Shown: piece by piece, positions 40,668 to 51,366 of the stretch
Layout: each line of letters begins with the position of its first letter
Position numbering within the stretch: position 1 is the stretch's first letter
NCBI GenBank assembly: GCA_949297275.1
Contig: CASFQR010000007.1
Location: 2,627-66,626, forward strand
Origin: an uncultured bacterium
GTDB lineage: Bacteria > Bacillota_I > Bacilli_A > RFN20 > CAG-826
Length of the DNA: 64,000 nt
Reading direction: 5' to 3'
The notes under the pieces: model-generated
What the model was told of the DNA's origin: nothing
The model's input: the letters and a program-made list of their open reading frames with translations, nothing else
Databases searched by the model: none
Program-made: the position numbers and the translations under genes

Positions 40668-41369
40668 TTATTCTTCAATTAAAATTTCAAATGCCCTTTG
40701 ATTATTTGCAAGACCTTCAACATAAATGTGAGGAGATTTATACCCTTTTAGAATTAAAAGATCGTTTTCATATAATTCTGTGGAATAATTAACCACTACT
40801 CTTTTAAAATTTTTCTTTTTTAATTCTGCATTAGAAAATAAATCTAAAACCATATCAATATAACGAGTGTTATTCATGTGTTGATTTAAATCAATGTCGG
40901 TAGAACGCACTCTTCTTTCTTCTAAAATCGCTCCTTCATTAGCCTCGATTCTTTTAGGATAGGCTAATTCATCTAAACGCGATTCATGATATAAAGGAAA
41001 TGTCATTTCATCTAAAACGACTGGTTTACGATTCGTCGAATCGATAATAAACCATAAAGCAATCATTTTTACTAAAACTTCGCCATTTTTATCGAGGAAT
41101 AAGTAATGACGAGGATAAATATAAGAACGGTTTTTACCAGGATAAGTTTCTAAAGTCACTTCTTCTAAATAATTGGGTAAGCGATTAATTTGTAATTCTA
41201 ATCGGGTAATGATCCATAAATAACCTCTTTCACGACAAATTTTTCCTAAGCCAAGATGTTCAACTTCCTCAACTGAAATATCTTGGGTTAATTTAAATAA
41301 AGATGATAATTTAAGTCGCAATGAAGCATCCACTTCACTTGATCCAATGATTATTTTTTTACTAAACAT
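40668..41369 (-). CDS. Acyl-ACP thioesterase
   Basis: LWIITRLELQINRLP and VRSTDIDLNQHMNNTRY motifs. Confidence 0.9.
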   Translation of the reverse strand: MFSKKIIIGSSEVDASLRLKLSSLFKLTQDISVEEVEHLGLGKICRERGYLWIITRLELQINRLPNYLEEVTLETYPGKNRSYIYPRHYLFLDKNGEVLVKMIALWFIIDSTNRKPVVLDEMTFPLYHESRLDELAYPKRIEANEGAILEERRVRSTDIDLNQHMNNTRYIDMVLDLFSNAELKKKNFKRVVVNYSTELYENDLLILKGYKSPHIYVEGLANNQRAFEILIEE

Positions 41370-41855
41370 TTATTTATCCTCCTTGCCTTTATTTAAAAGG
41401 ATGTGTGTTAAGATTACACCACCATTAATTAATAATAAAATTCCCGATAAATATGGCCCTGATGCAACTACGACATTACTAAAATCAAGCATCGGGGTAA
41501 TTAAAGAGACACTTGTCGGCAATAAAAACGACATAATTCCTAAAATGAAAGATAACACTAATGCGATGTATTGATTTAAATTATTTCGCATTAATACAAG
41601 TGAAGCAATCGCGCATAATATAAGTAATAAATAATAAATAAAGAAGACAAGATTAAAATTAAACGCTAGGTCGTAAGTTACACCCCCGTCTTGATAATAG
41701 TAAGTAAGGGCAAATAATATTTGATAACCAAAAATATAAGCTTTATTACCATCATTAAGGTGCATTTTTAAGAAAGGGGTAAACACTAAGAGGAGAGTGA
41801 TAAGAGGTAAGATAGCAATAATGATGCGCAGGAACAATCTAGTAGTTTTAGACAT
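41370..41855 (-). CDS. Hypothetical 4-TM membrane protein
   Basis: Four hydrophobic segments, abutting the thioesterase gene. Confidence 0.65.
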   Translation of the reverse strand: MSKTTRLFLRIIIAILPLITLLLVFTPFLKMHLNDGNKAYIFGYQILFALTYYYQDGGVTYDLAFNFNLVFFIYYLLLILCAIASLVLMRNNLNQYIALVLSFILGIMSFLLPTSVSLITPMLDFSNVVVASGPYLSGILLLINGGVILTHILLNKGKEDK

Positions 41856-41943
41856 AGAAATATTGTAGCAAAAACCATCATCAATGAATGAATTTTATTT
41901 AAAAATTTGCAAAATAAAAGCGAAAGAGTTATAAATTACAGAC

Positions 41944-43014
41944 ATGGAAAAAGAGATTAAAAAGTCTAAGAAAAAATTAATTATTGGTCTAAGTGTCTCG
42001 CTAGGTGTTGTTGTTTTTTTAATTATAAGTTTAGTGATTTCCCTTTTTATAGCCCCTAAAATTGTTTTAAACCAAGTCTTTGCTAAATCTCCTTTACCTG
42101 ATTATCAATTAGTGGCGGGTAATGTCACTTATGATCGTTATGATAAAGATACCTTCCCGCGAGTAGAAACAACTTTTTTATCAACCGAGGGTGAACTAGA
42201 TGCTTATTATTTTCCTAATTCTAGAAGCGATGATTTAATTCTATTTATCCCAGGGTTAAGCGAAGGTACGAATTCATATTTACCTTGGATTAAATATTTT
42301 TATGACCAAGGATATGATCTTTTTTCTTTTGATCCAACAGGAACATATTTAAGTGAGGGTAAAACGCAGATTGGTTTTCCTCAACGCATTATAGATGCTC
42401 AAAAAGCGATTGAATTTATTAATGAAACATACCAATACGATAACCTTTATGTGATGGGTCATTCAATGGGAGGCTACGCTTCTATCGGAGTCAATTATTT
42501 TTGTGATAACATTAAAGCATCCATTTCCCTTGCAGGCTTTAACAATAATGAAGATTTTATGCTAAGCTTTGCGTCGCAATATGTTGGTGATACTTTAGTA
42601 AATTTGACCGGTGTTTTTTTAAGAAATTATTCAAAACAAATATTTGGGGAATTATCAGATTTAAATATGTATGATGTTTTAAATGATCTTAAAGGGCGGG
42701 CGATGATTGTCCAAGGAACGGCAGATACAGTTGTAAAATATCATAACGATTCAATAGCCTATTACCAAAATTTAATAACTAACCCCGATATTCAATATGT
42801 TGTTTTAGATGGTGATTATGCTACGCATTCCGGAATCTTATTAAGTAACGAGGCGAATGCTTATCGCATAGAAGTTAACGAAGAATTTAATAATTTAGCT
42901 AACGAATCATATGAAATAAGATCACAGTTCATTAATGAAGTTAATCATTCTTTATATACTGAAATTAATCAAGAATTATTCTCCACTATTTTAGAATTTA
43001 TCCAAAGCGCTTAA
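41944..43014 (+). CDS. Membrane-anchored alpha/beta hydrolase
   Basis: N-terminal TM, GHSMGG nucleophile elbow, QGTADTVV, ATHSG. Confidence 0.85.
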   Translation: MEKEIKKSKKKLIIGLSVSLGVVVFLIISLVISLFIAPKIVLNQVFAKSPLPDYQLVAGNVTYDRYDKDTFPRVETTFLSTEGELDAYYFPNSRSDDLILFIPGLSEGTNSYLPWIKYFYDQGYDLFSFDPTGTYLSEGKTQIGFPQRIIDAQKAIEFINETYQYDNLYVMGHSMGGYASIGVNYFCDNIKASISLAGFNNNEDFMLSFASQYVGDTLVNLTGVFLRNYSKQIFGELSDLNMYDVLNDLKGRAMIVQGTADTVVKYHNDSIAYYQNLITNPDIQYVVLDGDYATHSGILLSNEANAYRIEVNEEFNNLANESYEIRSQFINEVNHSLYTEINQELFSTILEFIQSA

Positions 43015-43229
43015 GAAATAAAAATCTTGTTTTTGCAGTCTTTTTGGTTGCAAAAATAGATTATTTTTCTTAAATTTCAAAATAAGATATCTTTTATAAA
43101 TGAATTTTTTATTCCAATTTATTTTTAAAAGCGCAATAAATAGATTGCTAAAAGTTTCTAAGCAAGTAAAATTATGTTCATAATTGAAAAAATTATGAAT
43201 ATAAGATAAACTAAACGGCGGTCAAAAAT

Positions 43230-44435
43230 ATGAAAACATTCAAATTAATTCTTAAAAGTTTAATCTCTAATCAAACAGCAATTGATGCTTCAAAAAAGAA
43301 ACCATGGTATTTTGCTGTTATCTTTTATCTCCTAGCAACCGTTTTAGCGGTTATCCCTACGATGGTCACTTATCTAACCGCGACTGGTTCAGATTTTTTA
43401 AATCAAAGTTATGTCTATGGTTTTGATATTGCTACCACTAGATTTATCGAATCAATTAATGACAATGAAATCGATATGATTATCGCGAGTGAAAATGAAG
43501 ATACTAATTATTTATCAGTTGATATTAATAAGTGGAACACAGTTTATAATGAAGGTTTGCAAGCGGGTGATATTCGTTTTATTCACTGGGTACCTTCCCA
43601 AAACGCGAACGATTTAGACGTTTATTATACCGAGACTAGCGGAGCAGAATATAACGCCTATGTCGAAGATGTTTTAGGAAATTATTTACCTGGGACTGAA
43701 ATTAGAAACAATTCACTAGATTTAACTCGTCAATGTTCGGTTATTATCTTTGGGAAATATCAATATAATGTTTATTTATATCGTTTAGGAAATCCTTCTC
43801 CAATTTCAAGTAGTTCTGGTAATTATAATGCCTTTGAACCAGGCTATAATCTTCGCTCCATAATTGAAGTTTATGATAACGGTAATTTAGTCGATAAAAA
43901 TTCTCCAGGAACTTTATATCAAGTTTATCAACGCGGTGTTTATAATAATTTCAAAAATTTCTTTAATACTGGTTATATTGAAATTCGTAACACTGCTACT
44001 TGGCAAATGACCTTGATTATGTTTGCAATTAATGTTGCGATTGTCTTCTTCTTAGGTATCATTTTGTTCATCTTTACCCGCGGTCGCAATAATGTTTATA
44101 AGACATTAACTTTCTGGCAAACGCAAAAGATTGTTTATTGGTGTTCCTTCTCGCCAGGTATTTTAGCTATTATTTTAGGTTTCTTACTCTCTTCCATGAG
44201 TTATATTTTCTTCCCCTTATTTATTTCGGTCCGTTCAATGTGGGTTGTAACGAAAAATTTAAGACCTGAAAATCCGCAAGGAAGCGCTCAACCAACCGCT
44301 AAAGAACTCGCAGCCTATGAAGCGCGTGAAAAAGCGCGCAAAGAACGCGAAGAACAAAAGAAAAACAAGAAAAAAGGCCAAGTAATTGAAGCGGAAGTTA
44401 AAGACAAGGATAGTAATCCTAAAGATAAAAAATAA
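43230..44435 (+). CDS. Hypothetical membrane protein with a large extracytoplasmic domain
   Basis: One N-terminal TM, ~200-aa loop, three C-terminal TMs, charged tail. Confidence 0.7.
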   Translation: MKTFKLILKSLISNQTAIDASKKKPWYFAVIFYLLATVLAVIPTMVTYLTATGSDFLNQSYVYGFDIATTRFIESINDNEIDMIIASENEDTNYLSVDINKWNTVYNEGLQAGDIRFIHWVPSQNANDLDVYYTETSGAEYNAYVEDVLGNYLPGTEIRNNSLDLTRQCSVIIFGKYQYNVYLYRLGNPSPISSSSGNYNAFEPGYNLRSIIEVYDNGNLVDKNSPGTLYQVYQRGVYNNFKNFFNTGYIEIRNTATWQMTLIMFAINVAIVFFLGIILFIFTRGRNNVYKTLTFWQTQKIVYWCSFSPGILAIILGFLLSSMSYIFFPLFISVRSMWVVTKNLRPENPQGSAQPTAKELAAYEAREKARKEREEQKKNKKKGQVIEAEVKDKDSNPKDKK

Positions 44436-44450
44436 TTTTTAATAAACAAA

Positions 44451-44498
44451 AAACTGTTAAATAGGGCGGGGTCAAAACCCCGTTTTATTTAACAGCTT
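44451..44498. terminator. Long bidirectional hairpin between convergent genes, built from two copies of the dispersed motif
   Basis: CTGTTAAATAGGGCGGGGT-caaa-ACCCCGTTTTATTTAACAG. Confidence 0.75.
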
Positions 44499-47164
44499 TA
44501 TTCGATGGATTTTAAAGATTCGACCATCTTGACCGAACGAGTTTTAATTGTTAAATAAATTGTGACTAATAAGGCCGTAAGGAAGGTAATTGCAAAAGCA
44601 ATTAAATAGGTTTGGGGATAAGTGGCATAAAGATAATCAACTAGAGGCGTTTGATTAACATATAAGACAAAACGCATGAGGGGATTACCTAAAAGCATAC
44701 CAAAGCCAATCCCTAGAGTCGTTAAACACATAATTTCCATCCCTAAAGATACTCCGATTTCTAAACGGGTAAAACCTAAGACCTTTAAGGTGGCAATATT
44801 TCGTAAACGCTCTTTAAAATTTAATAATGCGAGATTATATAAAACGATGATTGCTAATAAAATTGCAAAGACTTTAACCGCTAAAGTCATTAAAGATATC
44901 GATTCAGCATAGCTATTAATTTTATCGATAGTTTCTTGTCTAGTTGCGACATTTGACACCCCACTGATCGATTTAATTTGCTCATTGATATTTAAAACAT
45001 TGTCTTCGTTATCAACATTGACCCAGGCGAAAGTTAAATAATTAAATAATTCGCCATAATTTTGATAAGAGGCATTTAAATAAATGCCATTCATATAAAA
45101 GGCGGTATTAATAAACCCTACTTCGCCTTGATATTCTTTACCAACCGCTAAAAAGCGTAAAGTATCACCAACTTGAATATCTAACTCATCAGCTACTTTG
45201 CGGGTAATTACAATTTTATCTTTAATTTGATAATTATCATCGATTTTAAAGAAAGCGGAATCGTCTTGAATAATTGTGGCAATAGTAGAAGATGAACAAT
45301 CTTCTAATAAAAGGGTGATAGGAATTGAAGAATATTCTTCTACTAAGATAACGCCATCAATATTATAAATTTGATCTTTTTTAGAAGTCGTAGAAGAATA
45401 AGTCACAATCGTATCTGAATCATAAAAAGAAGTTAAATCGTGTTGAATACAATTATCTAAGGTGTCATCAATTCCAAAACCGCAGACAAGAAGAGCCGTA
45501 CAACCTAAGACTCCAATAATAACCATAATCGATCGCGGAATATTTAAGGCAATATTTCTAAAGGCCATCTTAAAAGATAAATTGAGAGGTTTTTCGTTCT
45601 TTTTAGATTGCCTTAAACTCTGTTTAAAGGATTTAGGCGAGGCAGGTCGCATTGAATCGGCTGGTTTTAAACTTACTTCTTTATAGACAATTAAGAAGGT
45701 AACTAAGGCCGTTAACGCTAAAATGATGATCGTAATAATAATGGTTTCTGGAACCGCAAGAACAAAACCGAGTTCAGGTAAAGAATACAAAATGGCATAT
45801 TTTTGATTCATAATAGCCGGAATAACAAAAGGACCTAAAATAATCCCAATAGCGGTCCCAATAAAGACGATGCTAATCCCCAAAATAATATAATGGAGAA
45901 TAATTTGAGTTTTAGAAACACCGATGGCTTTTAAAGTTCCAATATTCGTCCGATCTTTTAAAATTAATTGACTTAAAGTTGTTAAGACAACTAAAATCGC
46001 TACCACAAAGAAAATGATGGGAAAGACATAGGCTAGTTGCCTAGCTTGAACAATATCATTTTCAATTGTGACATTACTCGTTAAAGTATCTTTGGTTTGA
46101 ATTAAAAGCAAATTGTTATCTTCTTTTTGATTAAAATAATCTTCAATTTCGCTATTGATTGTAGTTAAAAGTGATTCGTCATTTAATTTAATGACATATT
46201 GATTAAGTGAAAAAGCACTAGCGACATAATTAGCAATCGTATCAACAAAACTTAAAGAGGAATAATCCTCTAGCGCCCTTAACAAAAAGATAAAGATTAA
46301 ATCTTCTTCGCTTGTCGAAGTGGAAATTGCTGGGATGGCAAAATTATCTTTTGCTAAAGAGATTAAAATGCGTTTAAAATAATCAGAATCTAAAAGAAAA
46401 GAGGAATCATTCATGGACGCTGATTGAACATTTTCTGCTGACATCATCGTGCCAGTTACTAAAAAGTCGGCTTCTAAATAAGCGGTATCAAAGATATTTT
46501 CTTTGCCTTTTTTAACGCACATATCTAATAACGACATTGTCGATTTAGAAGCTAAAAAGTCTTCAACTTCCGGTGTTAAAAATGGTTCAATTTGCCTTAA
46601 GGTTTCTTCGTCTAACACTAGTGGTAATAAATCATTTAAATTAAGCTGATTTAAAATATCGCGAAACATCGCAAAAGAGATTTCGACAGGTATTTCTTTA
46701 TATGTTCCATCTAGATTAAGCCAACTATTATCTTCATCAAAAGAATATTCTAAAATTCGTTCATCAATAATAAAGAAATCATCTACGGCTTGATTATCCG
46801 TGCGGTAAGGCTTATTAATTGTTGGCAATTCATTCATCAATAAGGCAGTCGCGGTTTTACCATTTACTTTCCCTTGAATCGAATAGCGAGTCTCAACTTC
46901 TCCAGCATCAGATACAATACTCTCAATTGCAGCCTTATCGCCTTCATCTTCATTTAAAACATTTACCCACAAAGAAGCCATATTTGAGCCATCGTAGAGC
47001 ATATTAACTCTTTGAGATAACCAATCAGCGTTACTAGTTAAACCAACAAATAAAGTCACAGCAATTGCCATAATAAAAATGACCGCAATAAATTGCGTGG
47101 GGCTTTTTAAAATCGTTCGTCTCCTCGAAGCGCTTAATAAAGAATAAAGTGATTTCTTATGCAC
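44498..47164 (-). CDS. FtsX/MacB-like ABC exporter permease (two permease repeats; GTG start)
   Basis: FPIIFFVVAILV...DRTNIGTLKAIG and LYNLALLNFKERLRNIATLKVLGF. Confidence 0.9.
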   Translation of the reverse strand: MHKKSLYSLLSASRRRTILKSPTQFIAVIFIMAIAVTLFVGLTSNADWLSQRVNMLYDGSNMASLWVNVLNEDEGDKAAIESIVSDAGEVETRYSIQGKVNGKTATALLMNELPTINKPYRTDNQAVDDFFIIDERILEYSFDEDNSWLNLDGTYKEIPVEISFAMFRDILNQLNLNDLLPLVLDEETLRQIEPFLTPEVEDFLASKSTMSLLDMCVKKGKENIFDTAYLEADFLVTGTMMSAENVQSASMNDSSFLLDSDYFKRILISLAKDNFAIPAISTSTSEEDLIFIFLLRALEDYSSLSFVDTIANYVASAFSLNQYVIKLNDESLLTTINSEIEDYFNQKEDNNLLLIQTKDTLTSNVTIENDIVQARQLAYVFPIIFFVVAILVVLTTLSQLILKDRTNIGTLKAIGVSKTQIILHYIILGISIVFIGTAIGIILGPFVIPAIMNQKYAILYSLPELGFVLAVPETIIITIIILALTALVTFLIVYKEVSLKPADSMRPASPKSFKQSLRQSKKNEKPLNLSFKMAFRNIALNIPRSIMVIIGVLGCTALLVCGFGIDDTLDNCIQHDLTSFYDSDTIVTYSSTTSKKDQIYNIDGVILVEEYSSIPITLLLEDCSSSTIATIIQDDSAFFKIDDNYQIKDKIVITRKVADELDIQVGDTLRFLAVGKEYQGEVGFINTAFYMNGIYLNASYQNYGELFNYLTFAWVNVDNEDNVLNINEQIKSISGVSNVATRQETIDKINSYAESISLMTLAVKVFAILLAIIVLYNLALLNFKERLRNIATLKVLGFTRLEIGVSLGMEIMCLTTLGIGFGMLLGNPLMRFVLYVNQTPLVDYLYATYPQTYLIAFAITFLTALLVTIYLTIKTRSVKMVESLKSIE

Positions 47165-47167
47165 TTT

Positions 47168-47872
47168 TTACCACTCAATCTCCTCAACGCTTTTAGGTTT
47201 TTCAATTTTTTGATCTAAAATTATTTTGCCATCTTGCACTCTTATTAAGCGATTACCGACTTCGGCAATTTTAGAGTTATGCGTCACAATAATGACTGTT
47301 TTATGATATTTAGCAGAAACATCTTTTAATAATTTAATAATCATCGCGCCGGTTTTACTATCGAGCGCTCCGGTGGGTTCATCACATAAAAGCAAGGTTG
47401 GATTTTTAACAATAGCGCGCGCGATTGCTACTCTTTGTTGTTCGCCGCCTGAAAGTTGACTAGGAAATTGCTTCTCATGACCTTTTAGACCAACTGATTC
47501 AAATATTTCAAAAGCATCTAAACCTTTAGGCGCGACACTAGATGCTAAGGTCACGTTTTCTAAGGCTGTTAAGTTAGGCATTAAATTATAAAATTGGAAA
47601 ACAAATCCAATTTCATTGCGGCGGAATTTCCCTAAAGCCTTTTCGGATAACTGGGTGATATTTTGACCATTGATATAATAATCACCACTACTAGCGTTAT
47701 CCATTCCGCCTAAAATATTTAAGATGGTTGATTTACCAGCTCCACTCGCCCCTAATATAATGACAAATTCGCCTTCATCAATTGTAAAAGAAACATCATC
47801 TAATGCTTTTACAAGATTAGTTTTGACGGTGCCATAAACCTTTGAAATATTTTTAAAAATAATTTGTGACAT
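47168..47872 (-). CDS. LolD/MacB-type ABC ATPase
   Basis: [35 protein letters not shown]. Confidence 0.93.
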   Translation of the reverse strand: MSQIIFKNISKVYGTVKTNLVKALDDVSFTIDEGEFVIILGASGAGKSTILNILGGMDNASSGDYYINGQNITQLSEKALGKFRRNEIGFVFQFYNLMPNLTALENVTLASSVAPKGLDAFEIFESVGLKGHEKQFPSQLSGGEQQRVAIARAIVKNPTLLLCDEPTGALDSKTGAMIIKLLKDVSAKYHKTVIIVTHNSKIAEVGNRLIRVQDGKIILDQKIEKPKSVEEIEW

Positions 47873-47874
47873 TT

Positions 47875-49194
47875 TTAATATTTAATTAATTTATTGATGG
47901 TCTTACGACCAATGGAATGATATTCAACCCCACTCATCTTATCAAGGGAATATAAATTGCGACCATCAAAGACAACTGGTTCTTTTAAATTTTTAATAAA
48001 ATCTTCGTTTGTTAAAAGTTTAAATTCTTTTGAATCATTCAAAATCACCGCAAAATCAGCTTTTTTTAAGGCATCAATCGCATAATCACAATATTTAATC
48101 CGCCCAAAACGAGAGAAAGCTTTATGAAAATTATCTTCTGCGAGCGGATCATAAAGTTGAATATTAGCGTTCTTATCTAAAAGCGCGCGAACTACTGGAA
48201 TAGCAGGTGAAGATCGAATATCTTCAGTGCCACCTTTATAACCAACACCCAAAACTGCAATCGTTAAATTATTTAATGATTTATAGCGACGATAGATTTT
48301 TTGGAGGAAAAAATCTGGTTGTGTCATGTTAATTTGGGTCATCGCCTTAATTAATAAAAGTTCCGAATTTTGTTTTTCACCAATATATTCTAAAGCGCGC
48401 GCGTCTTTAGGTAGACAAGCACCACCATAACCTAAACCAGCTTTTAAGAAAGCTCCACCAATCCGCGGATCCTTACTCATCCCGTAGGCGACTTGTTCAA
48501 TATTCGCCCCCACCTTTTCAGCAAGGCGGGCCATGGAATTAATAAAAGAGATCTTTAAAGCTAAAAAGGAATTAGAAGCATATTTAATAAGCTCGGCGTT
48601 TTCAGGTGAGGTGACAATAACATCAATTTTTCTTGTAATAAAATCACTTAAATATTCACGAATGACACCTTCTCCTTCCGGTGAAGAAACCCCAACGACA
48701 ATTCTAGAAGGATTTAAGATATCATAGACCGCTCGACCTTGAGAAAGGAATTCTGGGAAAGAAATTATTTCAAATTTATATTTTGAATGACTCTCTAAAT
48801 ATTCTTTTGTCTTACGATTTGTGCCAATTGGCACGGTTGAGCGAATAATAATAAAAGAATCGCGAGTTGCTTCATTAGCAATATCATCGAGCACTTCGTA
48901 AAAAGCTGTTAAATCTGGCGAACCGTCTTTTTCGTTTGGTGGCGTCCCAACAGCAATTAAAAAAATATTATTTGGCCTAATGGCGTCCCGCGCATTCGTG
49001 GTAAAGCGTAAATTAAATTTGGCTTCAGTTAATAAGGTTTGAAGGTTAGGTTCTTCAATTGTCGCAACTCCTTCTTTTAAAAGTGAAACTTTATTTTTAT
49101 CAATATCTAAGCCGATCACTTTATGGTCATAGGACGCTAAAACAACAGCGTTAACTAAACCAACATAACCTAAACCAATAACAGTTATATTCAT
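47875..49194 (-). CDS. ugd: UDP-glucose 6-dehydrogenase
   Basis: IGLGYVGL, STVPIGT, PEFL, AELIKYASNSFLA, GYGGACLPKD catalytic Cys, FDGRN. Confidence 0.9.
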   Translation of the reverse strand: MNITVIGLGYVGLVNAVVLASYDHKVIGLDIDKNKVSLLKEGVATIEEPNLQTLLTEAKFNLRFTTNARDAIRPNNIFLIAVGTPPNEKDGSPDLTAFYEVLDDIANEATRDSFIIIRSTVPIGTNRKTKEYLESHSKYKFEIISFPEFLSQGRAVYDILNPSRIVVGVSSPEGEGVIREYLSDFITRKIDVIVTSPENAELIKYASNSFLALKISFINSMARLAEKVGANIEQVAYGMSKDPRIGGAFLKAGLGYGGACLPKDARALEYIGEKQNSELLLIKAMTQINMTQPDFFLQKIYRRYKSLNNLTIAVLGVGYKGGTEDIRSSPAIPVVRALLDKNANIQLYDPLAEDNFHKAFSRFGRIKYCDYAIDALKKADFAVILNDSKEFKLLTNEDFIKNLKEPVVFDGRNLYSLDKMSGVEYHSIGRKTINKLIKY

Positions 49195-49199
49195 TAATA

Positions 49200-50102
49200 T
49201 TACCTTCTACGACGAATGAGTCGTTTCTGCGCGAAATAATTATTTTTGCAATAACGCGCGATTTTTTTAGCGATGTGCACGCCGGTAGCTTCTTCTAATA
49301 AGTTGGTGCGCATGGCAGCGTTTATTTCTAAAATTAATGGATTGCCATAAACATCTAAAACCATCTCAATAGCGGCAAAGTCTGCTTCAATTGCTTTAGC
49401 GGCTTTCACTGCTAATTTTTGCATGCGTTTATTAATTAAACGCGTTTGTTTTAAAGCGCATTGGCCATTTGGGTGCATGATAAAATTACCATCGACGACG
49501 CGTTCTGCTCCACAAAGATATTTATCACCTAACACCATTAATTTAAAAAATTTACCTTCATTAAGAGGAACAAATTCTTCCACAATTATTTCTTCGTTTG
49601 TTTTAACTTCTAAAATCTTTTTTAAAAACGAATCATTTTTTGCTAAATAAAATGTTTCATTAATCCCAATTTGACGATTTTTAACTACCAAAGGATAAGA
49701 CATTTTATTATTTTCAATTTCTTCTTTAAGGCGTTCAAAATATGGTAAATTGCTTTGGCCCGCTAAATAGGGGATAGTAATCTTTTTAGTTGTGGGCAAA
49801 TGTAAATTTTTTAAGATACGGTGTGTTAAAATACGGTCGCGCGAAATATTTAACGCATAACTATTATTGAAAGTAGGAATACCCATTCTTTCAATTGTCT
49901 CAGCTAGCTCAGCATCTTTATCCCACATAAAAACAAAAGATAGATAATCTTTCAATTTACGACAATAATCTAAAGCTTCACTATTATTAATTGCATAAGA
50001 GGTTACACCCACTCTTCTAAAAGAGCGAATGAAAACATTAATCTGCCTTTCCCATTCTCTGGTATGTTTTCTTGCAACATTATAAATAATTAAAGTATGC
50101 AT
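49200..50102 (-). CDS. Divergent RimK-like ATP-grasp protein
   Basis: PTFNNSYALNISRDRILT, YPLVVK, IIVEEFVP, LILEINA. Confidence 0.7.
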   Translation of the reverse strand: MHTLIIYNVARKHTREWERQINVFIRSFRRVGVTSYAINNSEALDYCRKLKDYLSFVFMWDKDAELAETIERMGIPTFNNSYALNISRDRILTHRILKNLHLPTTKKITIPYLAGQSNLPYFERLKEEIENNKMSYPLVVKNRQIGINETFYLAKNDSFLKKILEVKTNEEIIVEEFVPLNEGKFFKLMVLGDKYLCGAERVVDGNFIMHPNGQCALKQTRLINKRMQKLAVKAAKAIEADFAAIEMVLDVYGNPLILEINAAMRTNLLEEATGVHIAKKIARYCKNNYFAQKRLIRRRR

Positions 50103-50192
50103 AAATTACCTGCTTATTTATTTTGCAATAAATTGAAAAAATATACAATCTTATAAGTTAATTTAATTATCTAAGAAAGATAATTATCACGA

Positions 50193-50531
50193 TTAATCGC
50201 CATAATCCGATCCTCGCGATTTATCTTCAACATAAATGTGTAAAGGATCTAAAATATCTGTAATTTCTTGATAAATATACCCATCAATTTTCACATATGG
50301 TGTTTCATAATCGTGGGTAAACACTACTCGTTTATTTTTTAACACTATTTCTTCCATTCTTTTTAAAATTAAGGGGTATTTATCTGGATAAATTTCTTCT
50401 AAATAATTTAATTGCGTATAAAACATTGGTTCAAGATAAAAATTTGATCCATCGGGATAGAAAAATTGATTGCAAAGAGGGTAAAGCGGATTAATTTCTT
50501 TTTTTAAAGATGACCATTCTAAATATTTCAC
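50193..50531 (-). CDS. Hypothetical protein (GTG start)
   Basis: 112-aa ORF filling the gap; no motif recognised. Confidence 0.6.
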   Translation of the reverse strand: MKYLEWSSLKKEINPLYPLCNQFFYPDGSNFYLEPMFYTQLNYLEEIYPDKYPLILKRMEEIVLKNKRVVFTHDYETPYVKIDGYIYQEITDILDPLHIYVEDKSRGSDYGD

Positions 50532-50571
50532 AATGAAAAATATAACGAATTAGATTAAAATAGCAATAGAA

Positions 50572-51366
50572 ATGAAAAAACACGAGATCAAAATTATCTT
50601 TACCGACATCGACATGACCCTTTTTTCGCATCGCACTAAGAGAGTTCCTGAAAGTGCAATTAAAGCGATTCGTGAATTAAGAAAGAAAGGCATTAAATTG
50701 TTTTTATGTTCAGGACGCAATTTCTATTTAATTCGTAAAACGGGTATTTTAGATGTCATTGAATATGATGGGTTAGTCACGATGAATGGGGCTAATGCAA
50801 TTATTGGTGACAAAATTATTTATAAATATCCCATCCCAAGCGATGTTGTTGATGCAATTATTAAATTCTCTAAAAGACTAAGATTTGGCTTAACTTTAAT
50901 TGAAGAAAACGAAGGACATATTAATTATGTCGATGACCATGTGATTAGTGCCCATGAAAAATATGGCACGCGCTTCCCCCAACCCCGTTCATATCCCGAT
51001 CATTATGACCGCGTAGTCTATCAAATGATTGCATTTTGCGATGAATTAGATGAATCGCTCTTCCTTCCCCACTTAAAAAATTGTAAATCCGCGCGTTGGG
51101 ATGAATATGCTGTTGATATCATGCTCAAAGATAGCGATAAGGCAAAAGGCATCTTAGCAGTCCTCCAATATTATGGTTATAAACCGGAAAACGCAATGAG
51201 CTTAGGCGATAACCCAAATGATATTGAAATGCTACAATTTACTGGTGTTTCAGTCGCGATGGGCAACGCGATTGGTGAAGTGAAAGAGGTGGCAGATTTT
51301 GTCACAAGTGATATTGATGATGATGGCTGGGCTAAAGCAATGAAACACTTTGGCCTTATTGATTAA
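50572..51366 (+). CDS. Cof-type HAD-IIB hydrolase
   Basis: FTDIDMTL, CSGR, MNGA, DKAKG, GDNPNDIEML, AMGNA. Confidence 0.9.
   Translation: MKKHEIKIIFTDIDMTLFSHRTKRVPESAIKAIRELRKKGIKLFLCSGRNFYLIRKTGILDVIEYDGLVTMNGANAIIGDKIIYKYPIPSDVVDAIIKFSKRLRFGLTLIEENEGHINYVDDHVISAHEKYGTRFPQPRSYPDHYDRVVYQMIAFCDELDESLFLPHLKNCKSARWDEYAVDIMLKDSDKAKGILAVLQYYGYKPENAMSLGDNPNDIEMLQFTGVSVAMGNAIGEVKEVADFVTSDIDDDGWAKAMKHFGLID

Noticed and set aside
40580..40792. 70-aa + strand ORF
   Set aside because: Antisense to tmRNA and the thioesterase 3' end.
48901..48920. Partial match to the dispersed motif (AAAAGCTGTTAAAT) inside ugd
   Set aside because: Short AT-rich match inside coding sequence without the GGGGTT half; likely chance.
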